DNA from: Squalus acanthias
Taxonomy: Eukaryota
Assembly (NCBI GenBank): GCA_030390025.1
Contig: CM059432.1
Coordinates: forward strand, 10,044,001-10,108,000
Reading direction: 5' to 3'
DNA length: 64,000 nucleotides
Shown: positions 38,801-51,890 of the stretch, piece after piece
How the letters are laid out: the number at the start of each line of letters is the position of its first letter
Numbering within the stretch: the stretch's first letter is position 1
Notes under the pieces: model-generated
What the model saw: only the letters and a program-made list of their open reading frames with translations
The model's database searches: none
What the model was told of the DNA's origin: nothing
Made by a program: the position numbers and the translations under genes

Positions 38801-41800
38801 TAACTCCCGAATATTGTAACTCCTGAATATTGTAAGTCTCGAATATTGTAACTCCCGACCATTGTACCTCCCGAATATTGTAACTCTCGAATATTGTAAC
38901 TCCCGAATATTGTAACTCCTGAATATTGTAACACCCGAATATTGTAACTCCCGAATATTGTAACTCCCAACCATTGTAACTCCCGAATATTGTAACTCCC
39001 GAATATTGTAACTCCCGAATATTGTAACTCCCGACCATTGTAACTCCCGAATATTGTAACTCCCGACCATTGTAACTCCCGAATATTGTAACTCCCGAAC
39101 ATTGTAACTCCCGAATATTGTAACTCCTGAATATTGCAACTCCCGAATATTGTAACTCCCGAATATTGTAACTCTCGAATATTGTAACACAGGAATATTG
39201 TAACTCCCGTCTATTGTAACTCCCGAATATTGTAACTCCTGAATATTGTAACTCCCGAATATTGTTACTCCCGAATATTGTAACTCCCGAATATTGTAAC
39301 TCTCGAATATTGTAATTCCCGAATATTGTAACTCCCGAATATTGTAAGTCCCGAATATTGTAACTCCCGAACATTGAAACTCCCGAATATTGTACCTCCT
39401 GAATATTGTAACTCCCGAATATTGTACCTAAGGAATATTGTAACTCCCGAATATTGTAACTCCGAATATTGTAACTCCCGAATCTTGTAACTCAGAATAT
39501 TGTAACTCCCGAATATTGTAACTCCCGAATATTGTAAATCCCGACCATTGTAACTCCCGAATATTGTAACTCCCGACCATTGTAACTACCGAATATTGTA
39601 ACTCCCGAATATTGTAACTCCCGAATATTGTATCTCCCGACTATTGTAACTCCCGAATATTGTAACTCCCGAATATTGTAACACCCGAATATTGTAACTC
39701 CCGAATATTGTAACTCCCGAATATTGTAACTCCTGAATTTTGTAACTCCCGACCATTGTAACTCCCGAATATTGTAACTCCCGAATATTGTAACTCCAAA
39801 TATTGTAACTCTCGAAAATTGTAACTCCCGAATATTGTAACTCCCAAATATTGTAACTCCTGAATATTGTAACGCTCGAATATTGTAACTCTCGAATATT
39901 GTAACTCCCGAATATTGTAACTCCCGAATATTGTAACTCTCAAATATTCTAACTCCCGAATGTTGTAACTCTCGAATATTGTAACTCCCGACCATTGTAA
40001 CTCCCGAATATTGTAACTCACGAATATTGTAACTCCCAACCATTGTAACTCCCGAATACTGTAACTCCCGAATATTGTAACTCCCAAATATTGTAACTCC
40101 CGAATATTGTAACTCCCGACCATTGTAACTCCCGAATATTGTAACTCCCGACCATTGTAACTGCCGAATATTGTAACTCCCGAATATTGTAACTCCCGAA
40201 TATTGTAACTACCGAATATTGTAACTCCCGAATATTGTAACTCCCGAATATTGTAACTCCCGAATATTGTAACTCTCAAATATTGTAACTCCCGAATGTT
40301 GTAACTCTCGAATATTGTAACTCCCGACCATTGTAACTCCCGAATATTGTAACTCACGAATATTGTAACTCCCAACCATTGTAACTCCCGAATACTGTAA
40401 CTCCCGAATATTGTAACTCCCAAATATTGTAACTCCCGAATATTGTAACTCCCGACCATTGTAACTCCCGAATATTGTAACTCCCGACCATTGTAACTGC
40501 CGAATATTGTAACTCCCGAATATTGTAACTCCCGAATATTGTAACTCCCGAATATTGTAACTACCGAATATTGTAACTACCGAATATTGTAACTCCCGAA
40601 TATTGTAACTCCCGAATATTGTAACTCCCGACCAGAGTAACTCCCGGAGATTGTAACTCCCGAATATTGTAACTCCCGAATATTGTAACTCCTGAATATT
40701 GTAACTCCCGACCATTGTAACTCCCGAATATTGTAACTCCCGAATATTGTAACTCCCGATAATTGTAACCCCCGAATATTGTAACTCCCGAATATTGTAA
40801 CTTCCGAATATTGTAACTCCTGAATATTGTAACTCCCGACCATTGTAACTCCCGAATATTGTAACTCCCGAATATTGTAACTCCCGACCATTGTAACCCC
40901 CGAATATTGTAACTCCCGAATATTGTAACTCCCGAATATTGTAACTCCCGACCATTGTAACTCCCAAATATTCTAACTCCCGAATGTTGTAACTCTCGAA
41001 TATTGTAACTCCCGACCATTGTAACTCCCGAATATTGTAACTCATGAATATTGCAACTCCCAACCATTGTAACTCCCGAATACTGTAACTCCCGAATATT
41101 GTAACTCCCAAATATTGTAACTCCCGAATATTGTAACTCCCGACCATTGTAACTCCCGAATATTGTAACTCCCGACCATTGTAACTGCCGAATATTGTAA
41201 CTCCCGAATATTGTAACTCCCGAATATTGTAACTCCCGAATACTGTAACTACCGAATATTGTAACTACCGAATATTGTAACTCCCGAATATTGTAACTCC
41301 CGAATATTGTAACTCCCGACCAGAGTAACTCCCGGAGATTGTAACTCCCAAATATTGTAACTCCCGAATATTGTAACTCCTGAATATTGTAACTCCCGAA
41401 TATTGTAACTCCCGAATATTGTAACTCCCGATAATTGTAACCCCCGAATATTGTAACTCCCGAATATTGTAACTTCCGAATATTGTAACTCCTGAATATT
41501 GTAACTCCCGACCATTGTAACTCCAGAATATTGTAACTCCCGAATATTGTAACTCCCGACCATTGTAACCCCCGAATATTGTAACTCCCGAATATTGTAA
41601 CGCCCGACCATTGTAACCCCCGAATATTGTAACTCCCGAATATTGTAACTCCCGAATATAGTAACTCCCGACCATTGTAACCCCCGAATATTGTAACTTC
41701 CGAATATTGTAACTCCCGAATATTGTAACTCCCGACCATTGTAACCCCCGAATATTGTAACTTCTGAATATTGTAACTCCCGAATATTGTAACTCCCGAC

Positions 41801-44800
41801 CATTGTAACCCCCGAATATTGTAACTCCCGAATATTGTAACTCCCGAATATTGTAACTCCCGACCATTGTAACTCTCGAATATTGTAACTCCCGAATATT
41901 GTAACTCCCGACCATTGTAACTCCCAACCATTGTAACTCTCGAATATTGTAACTCCCGAATATTGTAACTCCTGAATATTGTAACTCCTGAATATTGTAA
42001 CTCCCAAATATTGTAACTCCTGAATATTGTAACTCCCGAATATTGTAACTCCTGAATATTGTAACTATCGAATATGGTAACTCCCGACCATTGTAACTCC
42101 TGTAAATTGTAACTCACGAATATTGTAACTCCCGACCATTGTAACTCCCGAATATTGTAACTCCTGAATATTGTAACTCCCGAATATTGTAACTCCTGAA
42201 TTTTGTAACTCCCGACCATTGTAACTCCCGAATATTGTAACTCCCGAATATTGTAACTCCAAATATTGTAACTCTCGAAAATTGTAACTCCCGAATATTG
42301 TAACTCCCAAATATTGTAACTCCTGAATATTGTAACGCTCGAATATTGTAACTCTCGAATATTGTAACTCCCGAATATTGTAACTCCCGAATATTGTAAC
42401 TCTCGAATATTGTAACTCCCGAATATTGTAACTCCCGAATATTGTAACTCCCGACCATTTTAAGTCCCGAATATTGTAACTCACGAATATTGTAACTCCC
42501 GAATATTGTACCTCCCGACCATTGTAACTCCCAAATATTGTAACTCCCGAATATTGTAACTCCCGACCAGAGTAACTCCCGAATATTGTAAATCCCGAAT
42601 ATTGTAACTCCTGCATATTGTAACTCCCGACCATTGTAACTCCCGAATATTGTAACTCCCGACCATTGTAACCACCGAATATTGTAACTCCCGAATATTG
42701 TAACTCCCGAATATTGTAACTCTCGAATATTGTAACTCCCGAATATTGTAACTCCCGAATATTGTAACTCCCGACCATTGTAACCCCCGAATATTGTAAC
42801 TCCCGACCATTGTAACTCCCGACCATTGTAACTCCCGAATATTGTAACTCCTGAATATTGTAACCCCCGAATATTGTAACTCCTGAATATTGTAACTCCC
42901 GAATATTGTAAATCCCGAATATTGTAACTCCCGAATATTGTAACTCCCGAACATTGTAACTCTCGAATATTGTAACTCCCGAATATTGTAACTCCCGACC
43001 ATTGTAACTCCCGACCTTTGTAACTCCCGACCATTGTAACTCCCGAATATTGTAACTCCCGAATACTGTAATCCCCATTATTGTAACTCAGGCATATTGT
43101 AACTCCCGAATATTGTAACTCCCGAATATTGTAACTCCTGAATATTGTAAGTCTCGAATATTGTAACTCCCGACCATTGTACCTCCCGAATATTGTAACT
43201 CTCGAATATTGTAACTCCCGAATATTGTAACTCCTGAATATTGTAACACCCGAATATTGTAACTCCCGAATATTGTAACTCCCAACCATTGTAACTCCCG
43301 AATATTGTAACTCCCGAATATTGTAACTCCCGAATATTGTAACTCCCGACCATTGTAACTCCCGAATATTGTAACTCCCGACCATTGTAACTCCCGAATA
43401 TTGTAACTCCCGAACATTGTAACTCCCGAATATTGTAACTCCTGAATATTGCAACTCCCGAATATTGTAACTCCCGAATATTGTAACTCTCGAATATTGT
43501 AACACAGGAATATTGTAACTCCCGTCTATTGTAACTCCCGAATATTGTAACTCCTGAATATTGTAACTCCCGAATATTGTTACTCCCGAATATTGTAACT
43601 CCCGAATATTGTAACTCTCGAATATTGTAATTCCCGAATATTGTAACTCCCGAATATTGTAAGTCCCGAATATTGTAACTCCCGAACATTGAAACTCCCG
43701 AATATTGTACCACCTGAATATTGTAACTCCCGAATATTGTACCTAAGGAATATTGTAACTCCCGAATATTGTAACTCCCGAATATTGTAACTCCCGAATC
43801 TTGTAACTCAGGAATATTGTAACTCCCGAATATTGTAACTCCCAAATATTGTAAATCCCGACCATTGTAACTCCCGAATATTGTAACTCCCGACCATTGT
43901 AACTACCGAATATTGTAACTCCCGAATATTGTAACTCCCGAATAATGTATCTCCCGACTATTGTAACTCCCGAATATTGTAACTCCCGAATATTGTAACA
44001 CCCGAATATTGTAACTCTCGAATATTGTAACTCCCGAATATTGTAACTCCTGAATTTTGTAACTCCCGACCATTGTAACTCCCGAATATTGTAACTCCCG
44101 AATATTGTAACTCCAAATATTGTAACTCTCGAAAATTGTAACTCCCGAATATTGTAACTCCCAAATATTGTAACTCCTGAATATTGTAACGCTCGAATAT
44201 TGTAACTCTCGAATATTGTAACTCCCGAATATTGTAACTCCCGAATATTGTAACTCCCGAATATTGTAACTCTCAAATATTCTAACTCCCGAATGTTGTA
44301 ACTCTCGAATATTGTAACTCCCGACCATTGTAACTCCCGAATATTGTAACTCACGAATATTGTAACTCCCAACCATTGTAACTCCCGAATACTGTAACTC
44401 CCGAATATTGTAACTCCCAAATATTGTAACTCCCGAATATTGTAACTCCCGACCATTGTAACTCCCGAATATTGTAACTCCCGACCATTGTAACTGCCGA
44501 ATATTGTAACTCCCGAATATTGTAACTCCCGAATATTGTAACTACCGAATATTGTAACTACCGAATATTGTAACTCCCGAATATTGTAACTCCCGAATAT
44601 TGTAACTCCCGACCAGAGTAACTCCCGGAGATTGTAACTCCCGAATATTGTAACTCCCGAATATTGTAACTCCTGAATATTGTAACTCCCGACCATTGTA
44701 ACTCCCGAATATTGTAACTCCCGAATATTGTAACTCCCGATAATTGTAACCCCCGAATATTGTAACTCCCGAATATTGTAACTTCCGAATATTGTAACTC

Positions 44801-47800
44801 CTGAATATTGTAACTCCCGACCATTGTAACTCCCGAATATTGTAACTCCCGAATATTGTAACTCCCGACCATTGTAACCCCCGAATATTGTAACTCCCGA
44901 ATATTGTAACTCCCGACCATTGTAACTCCCAAATATTCTAACTCCCGAATGTTGTAACTCTCGAATATTGTAACTCCCGACCATTGTAACTCCCGAATAT
45001 TGTAACTCACGAATATTGCAACTCCCAACCATTGTAACTCCCGAATACTGTAACTCCCGAATATTGTAACTCCCAAATATTGTAACTCCCGAATATTGTA
45101 ACTCCCGACCATTGTAACTCCCGAATATTGTAACTCCCGACCATTGTAACTGCCGAATATTGTAACTCCCGAATATTGTAACTCCCGAATATTGTAACTC
45201 CCGAATATTGTAACTACCGAATATTGTAACTACCGAATATTGTAACTCCCGAATATTGTAACTCCCGAATATTGTAACTCCCGACCAGAGTAACTCCCGG
45301 AGATTGTAACTCCCGAATATTGTAACTCCCGAATATTGTAACTCCTGAATATTGTAACTCCCGACCATTGTAACTCCCGAATATTGTAACTCCCGAATAT
45401 TGCAACTCCCGATAATTGTAACCCCCGAATATTGTAACTCCCGAATATTGTAACTTCCGAATATTGTAACTCCTGAATATTGTAACCAACGACCATTGTA
45501 ACTCCAGAATATTGTAACTCCCGAATATTGTAACTCCCGACCATTGTAACCCCCGAATATTGTAACTCCCGAATATTGTAACGCCCGACCATTGTAACCC
45601 CCGAATATTGTAACTCCCGAATATTGTAACTCCCGAATATAGTAACTCCCGACCATTGTAACCCCCGAATATTGTAACTTCCGAATATTGTAACTCCCGA
45701 ATATTGTAACTCCCGAATCTTGTAACTCAGGAATATTGTAACTCCCGAATATTGTAACTCCCAAATATTGTAAATCCCGACCATTGTAACTCCCGAATAT
45801 TGTAACTCCCGACCATTGTAACTACCGAATATTGTAACTCCCGAATATTGTAACTCCCGAATAATGTATCTCCCGACTATTGTAACTCCCGAATATTGTA
45901 ACTCCCGAATATTGTAACTCCCGAATATTGTAACTCCTGAATTTTGTAACTCCCGACCATTGTAACTCCCGAATATTGTAACTCCCGAATATTGTAACTC
46001 CAAATATTGTAACTCTCGAAAATTGTAACTCCCGAATATTGTAACTCCCAAATATTGTAACTCCTGAATATTGTAACGCTCGAATATTGTAACTCTCGAA
46101 TATTGTAACTCCCGAATATTGTAACTCCCGAATATTGTAACTCCCGAATATTGTAACTCTCAAATATTCTAACTCCCGAATGTTGTAACTCTCGAATATT
46201 GTAACTCCCGACCATTGTAACTCCCGAATATTGTAACTCACGAATATTGTAACTCCCAACCATTGTAACTCCCGAATACTGTAACTCCCGAATATTGTAA
46301 CTCCCAAATATTGTAACTCCCGAATATTGTAACTCCCGACCATTGTAACTCCCGAATATTGTAACTCCCGACCATTGTAACTGCCGAATATTGTAAATCC
46401 CGAATATTGATACTCCCGAATATTGTAACTCCCGAATATTGTAACTGCCGAATATTGTAACTACCGAATATTGTAACTCCCGAATATTGTAACTCCCGAA
46501 TATTGTAACTCCCGACCAGAGTAACTCCCGGAGATTGTAACTCCCGAATATTGTAACTCCCGAATATTGTAACTCCTGAATATTGTAACTCCCGACCATT
46601 GTAACTCCCGAATATTGTAACTCCCGAATATTGTAACTCCCGATAATTGTAACCCCCGAATATTGTAACTCCCGAATATTGTAACTTCCGAATATTGTAA
46701 CTCCTGAATATTGTAACTCCCGACCATTGTAACTCCCGAATATTGTAACTCCCGAATATTGTAACTCCCGACCATTGTAACCCCCGAATATTGTAACTCC
46801 CGAATATTGTAACTCCCGAATATTGTAACTCCCGACCATTGTAACTCCCAAATATTCTAACTCCCGAATGTTGTAACTCTCGAATATTGTAACTCCCGAC
46901 CATAGTAACTCCCGAATATTGTAACTCACGAATATTGCAACTCCCAACCATTGTAACTCCCGAATACTGTAACTCCCGAATATTGTAACTCCCAAATATT
47001 GTAACTCCCGAATATTGTAACTCCCGACCATTGTAACTCCCGAATATTGTAACTCCCGACCATTGTAACTGCCGAATATTGTAACTCCCGAATATTGTAA
47101 CTCCCGAATATTGTAACTCCCGAATACTGTAACTACCGAATATTGTAACTACCGAATATTGTAACTCCCGAATATTGTAACTCCCGAATATTGTAACTCC
47201 CGACCAGAGTAACTCCCGGAGATTGTAACTCCCGAATATTGTAACTCCCGAATATTGTAACTCCTGAATATTGTAACTCCCGAATATTGTAACTCCCGAA
47301 TATTGTAACTCCCGATAATTGTAACCCCCGAATATTGTAACTCCCGAATATTGTAACTTCCGAATATTGTAACTCCTGAATATTGTAACTCCCGACCATT
47401 GTAACTCCAGAATATTGTAACTCCCGAATATTGTAACTCCCGACCATTGTAACCCCCGAATATTGTAACTCCCGAATATTGTAACGCCCGACCATTGTAA
47501 CCCCCGAATATTGTAACTCCCGAATATTGTAACTCCCGAATATTGTAACTCCCGACCATTGTAACCCCCGAATATTGTAACTTCCGAATATTGTAACTCC
47601 CGAATATTGTAACTCCCGACCATTGTAACCCCCGAATATTGTAACTTCCGAATATTGTAACTCCCGAATATTGTAACTCCCGACCATTGTAACCCCCGAA
47701 TATTGTAACTCCCGAATATTGTAACTCCCGAATATTGTAACTCCCGACCATTGTAACTCTCGAATATTGTAACTCCCGAATATTGTAACTCCCGACCATT

Positions 47801-50800
47801 GTAACTCCCGACCATTGTAACTCTCGAATATTGTAACTCCCGAATATTGTAACTCCTGAATATTGTAACTCCTGAATATTGTAACTCCCGAATATTGTAA
47901 CTCCTGAATATTGTAACTCCCGAATATTGTAACTCCTGAATATTGTAACTATCGAATATTGTAACTCCCGACCATTGTAACTCCTGTAAATTGTAACTCA
48001 CGAATATTGTAACTCCCGACCATTGTAACTCCCGAATATTGTAACTCCTGAATATTGTAACTCCCGAATATTGTAACTCCTGAATTTTGTAACTCCCGAC
48101 CATTGTAACTCCCGAATATTGTAACTCCCGAATATTGTAACTCCAAATATTGTAACTCTCGAAAATTGTAACTCCCGAATATTGTAACTCCCAAATATTG
48201 TAACTCCTGAATATTGTAACGCTCGAATATTGTAACTCTCGAATATTGTAACTCCCGAATATTGTAACTCCCGAATATTGTAACTCCCGAATATTGTAAC
48301 TCTCAAATATTCTAACTCCCGAATGTTGTAACTCTCGAATATTATAACTCCCGACCATTGTAACTCCCGAATATTGTAACTCACGAATATTGTAACTCCC
48401 AACCATTGTAACTCCCGAATACTGTAACTCCCGAATATTGTAACTCCCAAATATTTCACTCCCGAATGTTGTAACTCCCGACCATTGTAACTCCCGAATA
48501 TTGTAACTCCCGACCATTGTAACTGCCGAATATTGTAACTCCCGAATATTGTAACTCCCGAATATTGTAACTCCCGAATATTGTAACTACCGAATATTGT
48601 AACTACCGAATATTGTAACTCCCGAATATTGTAACTCCCGAATATTGTAACTCCCGACCAGAGTAACTCCCGGAGATTGTAACTCCCGAATATTGTAACT
48701 CCCGAATATTGTAACTCCTGAATATTGTAACTCCCGACCATTGTAACTCCCGAATATTGTAACTCCCGAATATTGTAACTCCCGATAATTGTAACCCCCG
48801 ACCATTGTAACTCCCGAATATTGTAACTCCCGAATATTGTAACTCCCGACCATTGTAACCCCCGAATATTGTAACTCCCGAATATTGTAACTCCCGACCA
48901 TTGTAACTCCCAAATATTCTAACTCCCGAATGTTGTAACTCTCGAATACTGTAACTCCCGACCATTGTAACTCCCGAATATTGTAACTCACGAATATTGC
49001 AACTCCCAACCATTGTAACTCTCGAATACTGTAACTCCCGAATATTGTAACTCCCAAATATTGTAACTCCCGAATATTGTAACTCCCGACCATTGTAACT
49101 CCCGAATATTGTAACTCCCGACCATTGTAACTGCCGAATATTGTAACTCCCGAATATTGTAACTCCCGAATATTGTAACTCCCGAATATTGTAACTCCCG
49201 AATATTGTAACTCCCGAATATTGTAACTCCCGAATATTGTAACTCCCGAATATTGTAACTCCCGACCAGAGTAACTCCCGGATATTGTAACTCCCGAATA
49301 TTGTAACTCCCGAATATTGTAACTCCCGAATATTGTAACTCCCGACCATTGTAACCCCCGAATATTGTAACTCCCGAATATTGTAACTCCCGATATTGTA
49401 ACTCCCGACCATTGTAACTCCCGAATATTGTAACTTCCGAATATTGTAACTCCGAATATTGTAACTCCCGACCATTGTAACCGCCGAATATTGTAACTTC
49501 CGAATATTGTAACTCCCGAATATTGTAACTCCCGACCATTGTAACTACCGAATATTGTAACTCCCGAATATTGTAACTCCCGAATATTGTAACTCCTGAC
49601 AAGAGTAACTCCCGGAGATTGTAACTCCCGAATATTGTAACTCCTGATAATTGTAACTCCCGACCATTGTAACTCCCGAATATTGTAACTCCCGAATATT
49701 GTAACTCCCGATAATTGTAACCCCCGAATATTGTAACTCCCGAATATTGTAACTTCCGAATATTGTAACTCCTGAATATTGTAACTCCCGACCATTGTAA
49801 CTCCCGAATATTGTAACGCCCGAATATTGTAACTCCCGACCATTGTAACCCCCGAATATTGTAACTCCCGAATATTGTAGCTCCCGAATATTGTAACGCC
49901 CGACCATTGTAACCCCCGAATATTGTAACTCCCGAATATTGTAACTCCCGAATATTGTAACTCCCGACCATTGTAACCCCCGAATATTGTAACTCCCGAA
50001 TATTGTAACTCCCGAATATTGTAACTCCCGACCATTGTAACCCCCGAATATTGTAACTTCCGAATATTGTAACTCCCGAATATTGTAACTCCCGACCATT
50101 GTAAGCCCCGAATATTGTAACTCCCGAATATTGTAACTCCCGAATATTGTAACTCCCGACCATTGTAACTCTCGAATATTGTAACTCCCGAATATTGTAA
50201 CTCCCGACCATTGTAACTCCCGAATATTGTAACTCCCGAATATTGTAACTCCTGAATATTGTAACTCCTGAATATTGTAACACCCGAATATTGTAACTCC
50301 CGAATATTGTAACTCCCGAATATTGTAACTCCCAACCATTGTAACTCCCGAATATTGTAACTCCCGAATATTGTAACTCCTGAATAATGTATCTCCCGAA
50401 TATTGTAATTCCCGAATATTGTAACTCTCGAATATTGTAACTCCCGAATATTGTAACTCCCGACCATTGTAACTCCCGACCATTGTAACTCTTGAATATT
50501 GTAACTCCCGAATATTGTAACTCCCGAATATTGTAACTCCTGAATATTGTAACTCCCGAATACTGTAACACCTGAATATTGTAACTCCCGAATATTGTAA
50601 CTCCCAACCATTGTAACTCCCGAATATTGTAACTCCCGAATATTGTAACTCCCGAATATTGTAACTCCTGAATAATGTATCTCCCGAATATTGTAACTCC
50701 CGAATATTGTAACCTCCGACCATTGTAACTCCCGAATATTGTAACTCCTGAATATTGTAACTCCCGAATATTGTAACTCCCGAATATTTTAACTCCCAAA

Positions 50801-51869
50801 TATTGTAACTCCCGAATATTGTAACTCCCAAATATTGTAACCCCCGAATATTGTAACTCCCGAATATTGTAACTCCCAAATATTGTAACCCCCGAATATT
50901 GTAACTCCCGAATATTGTAACTCCCAAATATTGTAACCCCCGAATATTGTAACTCCCGAATATTGTAACTCCCAAATATTGTAACCCCCGAATATTGTAA
51001 CTCCCGACTATTGTAACTCCCGAATATTGTAACTCCCGAATATTGTAACTCCCGACCATTGTAACTCCCGAATATTGTAACTCCCGAATATTGTAACTCC
51101 CGAATAATGTATCTCCCGAATATTGTAACTCCCGAATATTGTAACTACTGACCATTGTAACTCCCGAATGTTGTAACTCCCGAATATTGTAACTCCCGAA
51201 TATTGTAACTCCCGAATATTGTAACTCCCGACCATTGTAACTCCCGAATATTGTAACTCCCGAATATTGTAACTCCCGAATAATGTATCTCCCGAATATT
51301 GTAACTCCCGAATATTGTAACTACTGACCATTGTAACTCCCGAATGTTGTAACTCCCGAATATTATAACTCCCGAATATTGTAACTCCCGAATATTGTAA
51401 CTACCGAATATTGTAACTCCTGAATATTGTAACTCCCGCATATTGTAACTCCCGAATATTGTAACTCGCGGGCCTCATTTAAATAATCCAATGCTGTTTC
51501 CCTCCTGGAGCTGGCAGGACTGACGTCAGGGCCGCTGGGCAGGAGCGGGAACAAGAATGTGGTCGGGAGCCCAAGGACCCAAATGAACGATCCTCGGCAC
51601 GAATTTTAAAATTTCACACCCGACTCAAACCGCCTCCAACCCGCCCACTTCCGGCTTTAAATGGAGCGCGAGTGACCCATTGGCTCTCAGGAGGCGGGTC
51701 GGTCGGTAACAGCTTTTAAGGAGGCTGAGTGCCTCCTTTTTAAAATCCTTTGTATATTCAACTAATGCCAGGCGGGTTTCCCGTCCATAACTCATCCTCA
51801 TCCGCCGTCCCACACACCCCCCGTCCCCCCACCCCGCTCCGAACTCACAGCCACGTAAATATCGAGGGT
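23899..51869. mobile_element. Putative MITE hosting the satellite (arms 23899-23990 and 51468-51869)
   Basis: Left GGGTTCGATGTTAAC..GCGGAGGGGTGGGG is an imperfect inverted match to right CCCCACCCCGCTCCG..GTAAATATCGAG. The junction motif TAACTC(G/C)CGGGCCT also occurs singly at 5945-5958. Confidence 0.5.
23991..51467. repeat. 16-bp satellite array, about 27.5 kb and about 1,700 monomers
   Basis: Continuous head-to-tail TAACTCCCGAATATTG. Major variant TAACTCCCGACCATTG, plus recurrent point variants and 15-bp deletion monomers. Confidence 0.99.
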
Positions 51870-51890
51870 CAAGATGTCGCTGGGCAGAAA

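Noticed and set aside
23991..51467. CRISPR array or CENP-B box interpretation of the satellite
   Set aside because: There are no unique spacers or cas genes and the context is eukaryotic. TTCG and CGGG are present but not at the NTTCGNNNNANNCGGGN spacing.
23873..51554. Dozens of long minus-strand ORFs (GSYNIRELQYSGVTIF repeats, up to 946 aa)
   Set aside because: The reverse 16-mer simply lacks stop triplets, so all three frames give the same 16-aa repeat. Monomer deletions shift frame freely, and there is no sign of coding constraint.
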